Source of the DNA: Macrostomum lignano
Lineage: Eukaryota
Reading direction: 5' to 3'
Assembly (NCBI GenBank): GCA_002269645.1
Contig: NIVC01001497.1
Span: 124,001 to 188,000 of the forward strand
Length of the DNA: 64,000 nt
Part shown: piece by piece, positions 1-12,000 of the stretch
Numbering within the stretch: position 1 is the first letter of the stretch
Layout: the number at the start of each line of letters is the position of its first letter
Made by a program: the position numbers and the translations under genes
The notes under the pieces: model-generated
Databases searched by the model: none
What the model was told of the DNA's origin: nothing
Seen by the model: the letters and a program-made list of their open reading frames with translations, nothing else

Positions 1-342
1 ATAGCATGTACACTAACGATGAGAACAACATACTTACAATTGTCTGTCCCTAGCGTGAGAGACACCTGAGAGAATAATTTCGTTCTCACCGCAACAGATT
101 AGGCCATAATTCGAGCCGTAAATTGTCTGATAAATTTCTTTTCAAATTTCTCAGGCTCATGTCTGGTTAAAGAGATAGTTGAGAACTTTTGCTCTACTTT
201 GAATTGCATATTTACTGATAATAAATGGATATCTTTTTCAAATATGATTACATCAATAATTTTAGTTTATTTACGGGGAGGCAACAAAGAAAAAATGTTT
301 GAATAAACAACGATTACATGTAGCTTATGGCCTTCATGTATA

Positions 343-796
343 TACTCAGCAACAGCTAAACCCCCCCCCCAACTCACGCTGTCACACGGGCACAAAAGTT
401 AAGCAATGTCTTTAATTCTAGTCTCAGGATCGTGTGTAGGAACCACGAGCATGCAAAAGTGCCGTGACTCGTCGTGGCATCCTGATCACCAGCCGGTTGA
501 TGAACTCTTGGGGCAGCTGCTGCCAGGCATTCAGCACCGCCAGTCGCAACTGTTCAGCATTCTGTGGGGCATCCTGCTGAACTCTTCGCTTTACAAAGTC
601 CCAGACATGCTCGATGGGGTTCATGTCTGGAGACTTTGAGTTGCGCCACCCCCTCCCCAAATCCCCCATGCCGCACTTTGCGCTCGCGTCTGGCAGCGGC
701 AGCCTTCACACATTTCTGAGTTACCGATGGCATACAAAACTTTTGGGCCGTGTGACAGCGTGAGTTGGGGGGGGGGGGTTTAGCTGTTGCTGAGTA
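343..796 (-). mobile_element. Internally deleted Tc1/mariner element (non-autonomous) retaining the transposase C-terminus
   Basis: ~58 bp TIRs (343-400, 738-796; tactcagcaacagctaaaccc...) flanked by TA at 341-342 and 797-798. The minus ORF 424-669 contains SPDMNPIEHVW, matching the Tc1 SPDLNPIE motif. Confidence 0.9.
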
Positions 797-1576
797 TAGT
801 CACCTGTTTAAAGCAAAAAGTATTTTCCCTGAAAACTTGATATCTAGCCTATGAGACATCAGTACCCCCGTGAGCTTTTGGCATCAAAGCCTCTCTTTGA
901 GCCGTGGCCTAACCCTGACTCTCCCATTGATGCTTGGCCTATCCACCAACAACTCCCAATTGACTGCTTCAATTTTCGTTTACGGAGCTTTATCCAGGCA
1001 TGCTCCAGGTCACCTTCGCTCCAAAATATTCCCCCATCCTATTAGAACTCAGTACTGGTAGGTAACTTCTCCGAGTTGTTTAACACACTTTTGAGCGGCC
1101 ATTATTTCACACTTTTAATTTGATTTGATTGGATGAGAGATGGGGTGGGTGAACTGATCGGTCACTTGGGCAGAGAGTATGATGTACATTGCTTACACTT
1201 GGCGAGGGACAGCTGAATTGACAATCAGATAAGATAATTGGCGACTCCATAACTTAGTAATAAATTTATAATTAGCTTAATAAAATCCGAGCAGTATGGA
1301 GTCGCTGAATGGTGCAATAATTACCGCTTGGACTTGTCATTGTGTCTGGATAAAAGTTCTTCGCAATGTCTATCCAACTCAGATTTACACGTACGTACGT
1401 AGTTGTACTCTACCGGGCAAAGAGTCGGCCTGACTTTATTGCGCAACCCAGCTGGTAAGGGTTGAGATAGAAATGAAAAGGGAGACCTAGTCTGCGATAC
1501 AACTAGTGTCTTGAGTGACAGGTGCAGGACAACTACAGTACATCTGACTGAAGCCAGAGAGCCGACAAGCCGACAC

Positions 1577-4500
1577 ATGCCATCGAACTCGTTCCCGTTG
1601 ATCCGCCTGCCGCGCTACTGCCTGAACAACTGGCAGCTGGTGACCGCCGCCATCCTGCTGCTGTTGGCCAACATCGGCATGTCGATGTGGGCCTTCATTG
1701 AATGCAGCAACTTCGACAAGCTGCTGCTGGCCGCCAAGATGACCGGCCGGCCGCTGAACCTGGACTGCAGCATCGTGTTGGTGTTTGTGCTGCGCAAGAC
1801 TTTCTCAGCTTGCCGGCGATGGCGAATCAGCCGACTGCTGCCCATTGAGCAGAGCATTCGCTTGCACAGCCTCACCGGCTGCCTCATCTGCGTGCTCGGG
1901 CTGGCGCACTCGCTTGTGCACATCGTCCGCACCGGCCTGCTGCTGTCTAGCGGCGGCCTGGCCTGCTCACCGGTCGCCGCCTACCTGGGCACCTGTCTGC
2001 GCATTGGCTGGGTTGGCTGGGCGGCCTCGCCAACCGGAGTGGCCCTGCTTGTCATCAGCCTAATCATTGCAGCCACGGCTAATCCAGCGGTTCGGTCGCG
2101 ACTGTTCAAGACATTTCAGTATGCTCACCTGCTCTACTATCCTTTTCTGGTGCTGTGCATTCTGCATGCCAGGTGAGTGCCTTGCAAATATCTTTTAGTA
2201 GCTAAGCAAGCTAAAATATGCTACCAGCGATTTTCAAGAATGCATATTAAATAATTAACACTAAAAGTTACTAGTTCCTTAAAAAATAATGTCTACCTAC
2301 CCAATCCAGTCTACTCAACCCTGTCTACTCAACTCAGTCTACTCAACCCAGTTTACTCAACCCTGTCTACTCAACCCAGTCTGCTCAACCCAGTCTACTC
2401 AACTCAGTCTACTCAACCAGTCTACTCAAGCCTGTCTATTCAACCCAGTCTACTCAACCCTGTCTATTCAACCCAGTCTACTCAAGCCTGTCTACTCAAC
2501 CCTGTCTATTCAACCCTGTCTACTCAACCCTGTCTATTCAACCCAGTCTACTCAAGCCTGTCTACTCAACCAGTCTACTCAAGCCTGTCTATTCAACCCA
2601 GTCTACTCAACCCTGTCTATTCAACCCAGTCTACTCAACCCTGTCTACTCAACCCTGTCTACTCAACCCTGTCTATTCAACCCAGTCTACTCAAGCCTGT
2701 CTATTCAACCCAGTCTACTCAAGCCTGTCTACTCAACCCTGTCTACTCAACCCTGTCTATTCAACCCAGTATACTCAACCCTGTCTATTCAAACCAGTCC
2801 ACTCAACCCAGTCTACTCAACCCTGTCTATTCAACCCAGTATACTCAACCCTGTCTATTCAAACCAGTATACTCAACCCTGTCTATTCAACCCAGTATAC
2901 TCAACCCAGTCTACTCAACCCTGTCTATTCAACCCAGTCTACTCAACCCTCCCTACCCAACCTTGTTTTCCTTGCACTGTCTATTCAACACCCTGTCTGC
3001 CCTAGACCTCTCCCCGTCACTCCACAGATACTACTGGCTGTTCGCTCTGATCCCACTGAGCATGCTCCTGCTAGAGCAGCTGCTGGGAGCCCGGCCAGTC
3101 CACGAGCTCCTGCACGGCAAGTTCACTATCGAGGCCGTAAACTTTCATGCGCCCCGTCACGATGAGAGCACCCAAGTAGTGGAGCTGGTGATGCGAACGG
3201 AGCGCCGAGTCGCCTTCAGCCCGGGTGCCTACGTGTACATCAACCTGCCCGCGGTGTCCCACTTTGAGTTCCACCCGTTCACCATCAGCAGCCCGCCGGA
3301 GCGATGCGACGCAATCACAGTACACATCCAGGCCGTGGGCCCTTGGACAAGGCGACTGTACGACCACTTTCGAGCGATGGCGGAGGCCAAGCAGCCCGAA
3401 GCTGGGCGCGTCACTGTGGCGACTAAGCGACATCCGACTGCAGGCGAAGACTATGACTCGCTGGTGGTCTGCGAGAGAGTCTTTGTTGAAGGACCGTACG
3501 AGGTTCGAGATAAGATTATTTTTCTGATCTTATTCACAGAATGCCATTAAAACACCAGCCTTAACAACCCCTCTGAGACCCTGGCTGTGAATGTACACTG
3601 CATGCTCCCAATCAGCGTCAACCCCTCTGAGACCCTGGCTGTGAATGTACACTGCACGCTCCCAATAAACCTCATCAACCCCTCTGAGACCCTGGCTGTG
3701 AATGTACACTGCACGCTCCCAATCAACCTCAAAAACCCCTCTGAGACCCTGGCTGTGAATGTACACTGCACGCTCCCAATCAGCGTCAACCCCTCTGAGA
3801 CCCTGGCTGTGAATGTACACTGCACGCTCCCAATCAGCGTCAACCCCTCTGAGACCCTGGCTGTGAATGTACACTGCACGCTCCCAATCAACCTCAACAA
3901 CCCCTCTGAGACCCTGGCTGTGAATGTACACTGCACGCTCCCAATCAACCTCAACAACCCCTCTGAGACCCTGGCTGTGAATGTACACTGCACGCTCCCA
4001 ATCAACCTCAACAACCCCTCTGAGACCCTGGCTGTGAATGTACACTGCACGCTCCCAATCAACCTCAACAACCCCTCTGAGACCCTGGCTGTGAATGTAC
4101 ACTGCACGCTCCCAATCAACCTCAACAACCCCTCTGAGACCCTGGCTGTGAATGTACACTGCATGCTCCCAATCAACCTCAACAACCCCTCTGAGACCCT
4201 GGCTGTGAATGTACACTGCACGCTCCCAATAAACCTCATCAACCCCTCTGAGACCCTGGCTGTGAATGTACACTGCACGCTCCCAATAAACCTCATCAAC
4301 CCCTCTGAGACCCTGGCTGTGAATGTACACTGCACGCTCCCAATCAACCTCAAAAACCCCTCTGAGACCCTGGCTGTGAATGTACACTGCACGCTCCCAA
4401 TCAACCTCAACAACCCCTCTGAGACCCTGGCTGTGAATGTACACTGCACGCTCCCAATCAACCTCAAAAACCCCTCTGAGACCCTGGCTGTGAATGTACA

Positions 4501-5142
4501 CTGCACGCTCCCAATCAGCGTCAACCCCTCTGAGACCCTGGCTGTGAATGTACACTGCATGCTCCTAATCAACCTCAAAAACCCCTGAGACCCTGGCTGT
4601 GAATGTACACTGCATGCTCCTAATCAACCTCAACAACCCCTAAAACCGCGGCCCACGTAAACCACTTTCGCAACCCAAAGGTGCACACGAAGCCGTCCTG
4701 GAGCCACAAGCACGTGATCATGGTGTCCGCCGGTATCGGAGTCACCCCGTACGCCTCCATCCTGCGCAGCCTGGTGCACCGGCGCGCCGAACAGGACAGC
4801 CAGGTGCGCTGCCGGCGAGTTGACTTCGTGTGGGTTGCCCGCAGTCTCAACGGCTTTCGCTGGTTCGCCGACCTCCTGCAGGAGCTGGAGGCCGACAACG
4901 CTGACTGGCTGAAGATGCACCTGTTTCTGACCCGGGTCAAGCCAGATTCGGCCACCCGCGAGCTCAATCTGAGTCACGTGACTTACAATCGGCCCGATTG
5001 GACCGAGCTACTCGGCAAGCTGTCTGACACCATGCCAGACTGCCGCTCCTGGGTGTACACCTGCGCCTCGCCTCTGCTGGCCGACTGCGTTGCCAACGCC
5101 TGCTGGAGCCTGCTGCTCCCGCATCGGACGCACAGCTTCTGA
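1577..5142 (+). CDS. NADPH oxidase (NOX family, NOX5-like core), ~510 aa; exons 1577-2172, 3028-3502, 4681-5142
   Basis: Ferric-reductase TM domain with four heme His (LHSLTG...AHSLVH; AHLL...LHAR), FAD motif HPFTISS, GPWTRRLY, EGPY, and NADPH motif AGIGVTPY. GT-AG introns with phases 2 and 0 give 1533 nt in frame. The 5' end is uncertain. Confidence 0.9.
2306..2960. repeat. Degenerate 14-15 bp minisatellite (ccctgtctactcaa) in NOX intron 1
   Basis: Visible tandem units with tac/tat and ccc/gcc variants. Confidence 0.9.
3563..4640. repeat. 57/54 bp minisatellite in NOX intron 2
   Basis: Unit aacccctctgagaccctggctgtgaatgtacactgcacgctcccaatcaacctcaac, ~19 copies. Confidence 0.95.
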
Positions 5143-5569
5143 TGAACTTTCGGAGTTGGTTGCTAGGCAACGAAATAATCGCGTCTTATCTCCCTCTTAC
5201 ATTTAAAATCAATCGTATTGCAGTATTTTTATTCCAGAAAGTGTCTAAGCATACTTTTTAAAATCTACAATACGGTTGTTTTACTGAGAATACAGAAAAA
5301 TTCTCAAAGGTACACACGGAGCATGACGACGCTCCGTACTACACTACTCAGTAGCATCATAGAACGCAAAACATTTCGTATTGCAAAGAATGTTTGGCAT
5401 GGCATTTTTAATCCTAGAATAAAAAATATATGTTAGCAACTTTCATTCTGTTCCATTGATTTCATTTTGACAGTCGCAGATCGACCAGCTTTATCGTAGG
5501 CTTCGCTTACGAAATGCCAGTCAAATAAGCAAACCCAGTCAATTGATTAATTCACTCCCTCTGATCAAT

Positions 5570-5667
5570 GTCCCCGGGTTCGAACCCGTGCGCGGCCACA
5601 CGACTCACGATTCCCGCCCACGAGTGCCAACACCCCCAAGGCACAGAGTGTACACCCGGTGTGAGCG
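5570..5667 (+). mobile_element. Degenerate SINE fragment (B-box plus family core)
   Basis: gggttcgaaccc followed by cccccaaggcacagagtgtacac, similar to the core of the SINE at 51570. Confidence 0.5.
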
Positions 5668-6418
5668 AGAAAACAAAAAATCAAATCTGTTGAACCGCAA
5701 ACAAATGCATATAATAACAATATAATATTAAATTGACAGGTGCGACTACTCTAACTCGGTTATAATTACGATAATTAATTCTGCGCGCAAATCAAATCTG
5801 ATCTTTTTCTTACTTAAGCTATTTCTCGGATGGAATTCGGCCGAGAGACGAACAACAGTCGGATTAAAACGATCGGTAAAACATAACGATACGACTGACA
5901 CGGTACAGAGGATAGGGGATGGGGGTGCAGATAGTGAAGAAGCTGAACGAGCTGAGCCAGCATACAAGCTCCACTAACTCCATCCATAGTTGCTGGGGGT
6001 ACGCCTGCAGATGAATATTACGTAGGCTCTCTCTCTCCCTCTCAGGTGTACAAAGCGCGCGCAAGCAGGCACACAGCACAGCTACATAAGCACAATATGC
6101 ACACATAGAATTGAATTAATACATAAAAATTACATCATACGATCGTAGAGTTAGCACATCACTGTATACACCAAAGTGCAAACAAACTATAGGAAATCTT
6201 CTGTTTAGAGAAACAAAATAGAGAATATTGATGAAATTTCAACAAAAATTAATATGACGGCGGAGGTGGCGAAGCTAAAACAGATGATCACAACAATTAC
6301 ATATCGAATAATAATTGGGGATGGTGCGGTCCTAATGCTTTTGCTTGCGAAGATATATGGGTTGCTGTACTCGTAGTTCGGTCTGCAAATTCTATTAGAC
6401 AGTCTAAATCCACTTCTC

Positions 6419-7803
6419 AGGGGTTATTGAGATGATTCTCAGGGGTAATTGAGATGATTCTCATGGGTGATTGAGATGATTCTTATGGGTGATTGAGATG
6501 ATTCTCAGGGGTGATTGAGATGATTCTCAGGGGTGATTGAGATGATTCTCAGGGGTGATTGAGATGATTCTCATGGGTGATTGAGATGATTCTCAGGGGT
6601 GATTGAGATGATTCTCAGGGGTGATTGAGATGATTCTCAGGGGTGATTGAGATGATTATCAGGGGTGATTGAGATAATTCTCAGGGGTGATTGAGATGAT
6701 TCTCAGGGGTGATTGAGATGATTCTCAGGGGTGATTGAGATGATTATCAGGTGTGATTGAGATGATTATCAGGGGTGATTGAGATGATTATCAGGGGTGA
6801 TTGAGATGATTCTCAGGGGTGATTGAGATGATTCTCAGGGGTGATTGAGATGATTATCAGGGGTGATTGAGATGATTATCAGGGGTGATTGAGATGATTA
6901 TCAGGGGTGATTGAGATGATTCTCAGGGGTGATTGAGATAATTCTCAGGGGTGATTGAGATGATTATCAGGGGTGATTGAGATGATTATCAGGGGTGATT
7001 GAGATGATTATCAGGTGTGATTGAGATGATTCTCAGGGGTTATTGAGATGATTCTCAGGGGTGATTGAGATGATTCTCAGGAGTGACTGAGATGATTCTC
7101 AGGGGTGATTGAGATGATTCTCAGGAGTGACTGAGATGATTCTCAGGGGTGATTGAGATGATTATCAGGGGTGATTGAGATGATTCTCAGGTGTGATTGA
7201 GATGATTCTCAGGGGTGATTGAGATGATTCTCAGGTGTGATTGAGATGATTATCAGGGGTGATTGAGATGATTATCAGGGGTGATTGAGATGATTCTCAG
7301 GGGTGATTGAGATGATTCTCAGGGGTGATTGAGATGATTCTCAGGGGTGATTGAGATGATTCTCAGGGGTGATTGAGATGATTCTCAGGGGTGATTGAGA
7401 TGATTCTCAGGGGTGATTGAGATGATTCTCAGGGGTGATTGAGATGATTCTCATGGGTGATTGAGATGATTCTCAGGGGTGATTGAGATGATTCTCAGGG
7501 GTGATTGAGATGATTCTCAGGGGTGATTGAGATGATTATCAGGGGTGATTGAGATAATTCTCAGGGGTGATTGAGATGATTCTCAGGGGTGATTGAGATG
7601 ATTCTCAGGGGTGATTGAGATGATTCTCAGGGGTGATTGAGATGATTATCAGGGGTGATTGAGATGATTATCAGGGGTGATTGAGATGATTATCAGGGGT
7701 GATTGAGATGATTATCAGGGGTGATTGAGATGATTATCAGGGGTGATTGAGATGATTATCAGGGGTGATTGAGATGATTCTCAGGAGTGATTGAGATGAT
7801 TCT
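6419..7803. repeat. 22 bp minisatellite (gattgagatgattctcaggggt)
   Basis: ~60 near-identical tandem copies. Confidence 0.95.
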
Positions 7804-8499
7804 GCCGACTGGCTAGGGAGGTTCTCAGGAGTGGTTCAGGAGATTCCCGAGGTGTCATGGCGTCAACCATAAATAACCAAACTGCCAGGCCTCATAAAAA
7901 TTGTTAATCTCCCTTGAAATCGCAAAACAAATGTGAAGAAGCGCACGTTCCACAGCAGAAAAGTTAGAAGGCTGGATCAAGCAAATACGTAGAGGTGAAC
8001 TAAGAGTTGCAGTGCTAGGGCCAGTGAGGGGCAGGAAAACAACCGCAAAAGGATCAGAAATGAAAATACAGGAGAGCCAATATATGCCGGAGAAATTGAG
8101 GACAGCCACTTACCAAAATAAGCACAACGGCAAGTAATAAAACAAAGCTTGAAAATGTACGGACAAAGACTTTGTGGTGCGAATTTGCGTTGCATCAAAA
8201 ATGAAAAACCAGATTAACTTTAATTTGCTTTAATTTTCTTGAAAGATAAGCATCGTTGAACTTAGATCCGAGTCTGCTGCGGGTGCACGACGCTTAAAAG
8301 CATACGACTTACGAGCATATAGAAGAAACGGATGCACTGTGAACGGGCCGACTAAATTAAATAGCAAACAAACAATAGGTCTCTTGATTCGTTTTCAAAT
8401 TTCCTGGCTAAGCTAAAAAATCACCTTGCATACACAGCACAGGATGACGGTCAAGGGCAGAGAATATAATATACAACAGCTATAACCATCGGGGAGAAG

Positions 8500-8970
8500 G
8501 GGAGCTTGTGTGCAGGGGGCTTGTGTGAAGGGGGCTTGTGTGAAGGGGGCTTGTGTGAAGGGAGCTTGTGTGCAGGGAGCTTGTATGCAGGGAGCTTGTA
8601 TGCAGGGAGCTTGTGTGCAAAGAATATGTGGCAGGAGCTTGTGTACAGGGAGCTTGTATGCAGGGAGCTTGTGTGCAGGGAGCTTGTGTGCAGGGAGCTT
8701 GTATGCAGGGAGCTTGTATGCAGGGAGCTTGTGTGCAGGGAGCTTGTATGCAGGGAGCTTGTGTGCAGGGAGCTTGTATGCAGGGAGCTTGTGTGCAGGG
8801 AGCTTGTGTGCAGGGAGCTTGTATGCAGGGAGCTTGTATGCAGGGAGCTTGTGTGCAGGGAGCTTGTGTGCAGGGAGCTTGTATGCAGGGAGCTTGTGTG
8901 CAGGGAGCTTGTATGCAGGGAGCTTGTGTGCAGGGAGCTTGTGTGCAGGGAGCTTGTGTGCAGGGAGCTT
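8500..8970. repeat. 15 bp minisatellite (gtgtgcagggagctt)
   Basis: Tandem copies just downstream of the Akt stop codon. Confidence 0.95.
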
Positions 8971-9095
8971 TGGTGCATAGGCTTGCTATTGTTGCAGATT
9001 CGGTCCAATCCATATACAGTGGCGGCACACTGCGCGCCCTCTGTATTTCTATATTAAAATAAAATATACAACTCCGTTAGTTCAGGTAGAGAGCC

Positions 9096-12000
9096 TCAGT
9101 GATCACCCATGCTAGTAGAGCTCATATAGGAGCTGAGCGAGGTGCGCGAGCCGTAGAAGCTGAACTTTTCAAAGTTCGGCCCGTCCGTTGGCCAACGAGT
9201 GCCGCTGGCGCTAACGGGGCCGGGCGCCGCAGGCGGGGTGAGCTGCACCGGCTCGCGCAGGAACTCGTCCGGTATGTACCTGGTGTCGCAGGCGTCGCGA
9301 ACTTCCGGTTTCCACGGCGGTGGGATCTCCTTTTTAGTGAGCTTCACCCAGTCTATGCCGGCGAAGAACGGGTGCCGCATGACGTCTACGGCGTCCAGGG
9401 TGGAGCCGCCGAGCCGCCTGGAGGGCTCTTTGATGAGCAGACGGGCCAGGAAGTCCTGCGCCTGGCTGCTGAGATTGGCGGGAATTCTAACGCTGTCGTT
9501 CATGATTAGCTCGAATAGGATCTCGTGATCGCGCGAGTAGAAGGGCAGCCGGCCGCACATCATCTCGTAGGAGACGACGCCGAGGCCCCACCAGTCCACG
9601 CTACGGCCGTAGTCATTCTCGTCTGCAGGAGGTTGACGCGCGGGAGTTAGTATCTCACCTGCTACTGGTGTGAGATCTAATTCGATTAGGGCTTGGGTGG
9701 GGTCTGAAGGAAGATTCGGGTGGACCTCTCGTACTCAGTAGGTAATACTCAAGATAATTGAGATCTTATAAGACTGTCTGATCCTAGGTGAGATCTCATG
9801 GGAAGATGCAATGATCTGGGATGAGATCTCGTGGGAAGATGCAATGATCTGGGATGAGATCTCATGGGGAATGCAATGATCTGGGGTGAAATCTCATGGG
9901 AAGATGCAATGATCTGGAAGGAGATCTCATGGGAGATAAAATGATCCAGGGTAAGATCCCATGGGAGAAGCAATGATCTTGGGTGAAATTCTATGGGAGA
10001 TACAATAATCTGGGGTGAGATCCCATGGGAGATAAAATGATCTGGGGCGAGATCCCATGGGAGAAGCAATGATCCGGGGTGAAATCTCATGGGGAGATGA
10101 AATAATCTGGGTGAGATCTCTTAGAGAAATTAAAAATTTGGGTGAGATCCCATGGGAGATAAAATGATCTGGGGTGAGATCTAAGAGGGAGATTTAATGA
10201 TATAGAGAGACTTATAATTCACCAATCTTAAAAGCCGCATGAAGGGTCCTAAGTTTGCAAATCTAAAACAGATCGCAGAGGACAATCACCGAGAATCTCT
10301 GGAGCCAGGTACTCAGGCGTGCCGCAGAAGGTTTTAGTCATAACGCCGTACTGCATTTCCTCCTTGCATAGGCCGAAATCGGCAATGCGAATGTGGCCCA
10401 TCTCGTCTAGGAGAAGATTCTCCAGCTTCAGATCTCTGTAGACAATGTTCATGTCGTGCAGGTAGCCAATAGCTGTGACAATCTCGGCTGCGTAGAAACG
10501 GGTTCGCTCCTCTGAGAATACGCGATCATGCAACAGGTGAAAGTACAGCTCGCCGCCGTTAACATACTCCATGACGAAGCAGAGCCGGTCCTCAGTTTGG
10601 AATGAATATTTTAGCTGGGTGAGGAACGGGTGCCGGCACGTCTGCAGGACTCGATTCTCCGTCATGGTGTGGATCACCTCGTCCTTCTGCAAGGCGGGTC
10701 CGGAGTGGAAAAGGGGTCGCGTATTGAGTACTTTAATATTAGACAGATAGGTCTCATGAGATAGAAATCATGTATATCCGTATGAGCTACAGATAAAACT
10801 CATGTGCCTCAGTATGAGCTACAGATAGAACTCATGCACATCAGTATGAGCTACAGATACATGTAGAACTCATGTACCTCAGTATGAGCTACAGATGAAC
10901 TCATGTGCCTCAGTATGAGCTACAGATAGAACTCATGTACCTCAGTATGAGCTACAGATAGAACTCATGCACATCAGTATGAGCTACAGATGAACTCATG
11001 TACCTCAGTATGAGCTACAGATAGAACTCATGTGCCTCAGTATGAGCTACAGATAGAACTCATGTGCCTCAGTATGAGCTACAGATAGAACTCATGTACC
11101 TCAGTATGAGCTACAGATAGAACTCATGCACATCAGTATGAGCTACAGATGAACTCATGTGCCTCAGTATGAGCTACAGATAGAACTCATGTGCCTCAGT
11201 ATGAGCTACAGATAGAACTCATGTGCCTCAGTATGAGCTACAGATAGAACTCATGTACCTCAGTATGAGCTACAGATAGAACTCATGTGCCTCAGTATGA
11301 GCTACAGATAGAACACATGTGCCTCAGTATGAGCTACAGATAGAACTCATGTACTTCAGTATGAGCTACAGATAGAACTCATGTACCTCAGTATGAGCTA
11401 CAGATAGAACTCATGTGCCTCAGTATGAGCTACAGATAGAACTCATGTACCTCAGTATGAGCTACAGATAGAACTCATGTACCTCAGTATGAGCTACAGA
11501 TAGAACTCATGCACATCAGTATGAGCTACAGATAGAACTCATGCACATCAGTATGAGCTACAGATAGAACTCATGTACCTCAGTATGAGCTACAGATGGA
11601 ACTCATGTACCTCAGTATGAGCTACAGATAGAACTCATGTGCCTCAGTATGAGCTACAGATAGAACTCATGTACCTCAGTATGAGCTACAGATAGAACAC
11701 ATGTGCCTCAGTATGAGCTACAGATAAAACTCATGTGCCTCAGTATGAGCTACAGATAGAACTCATGCACATCAGTATGAGCTATAGATACATGTAGAAC
11801 TCATGTGCCTCAGTATGAGCTACAGATGAACTCATGTGCCTCAGTATGAGCTACAGAAAGAACTCATGCACCTCAGTATGAGCTACAGATAGAACTCATG
11901 TGCCTCAGTATGAGCTACAGATGAACTCATGTGCCTCAGTATGAGCTACAGATAGAACTCATGTACTTCAGTATGAGCTACAGATAGAACTCATGTACCT

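Noticed and set aside
1511-1576. ORF-track start of NOX at TTG 1511 (likewise Akt at TTG 16812)
   Set aside because: These are non-ATG starts in a eukaryote. ATG 1577 and ATG 16761 were used, and the Akt extension overlaps a SINE fragment.
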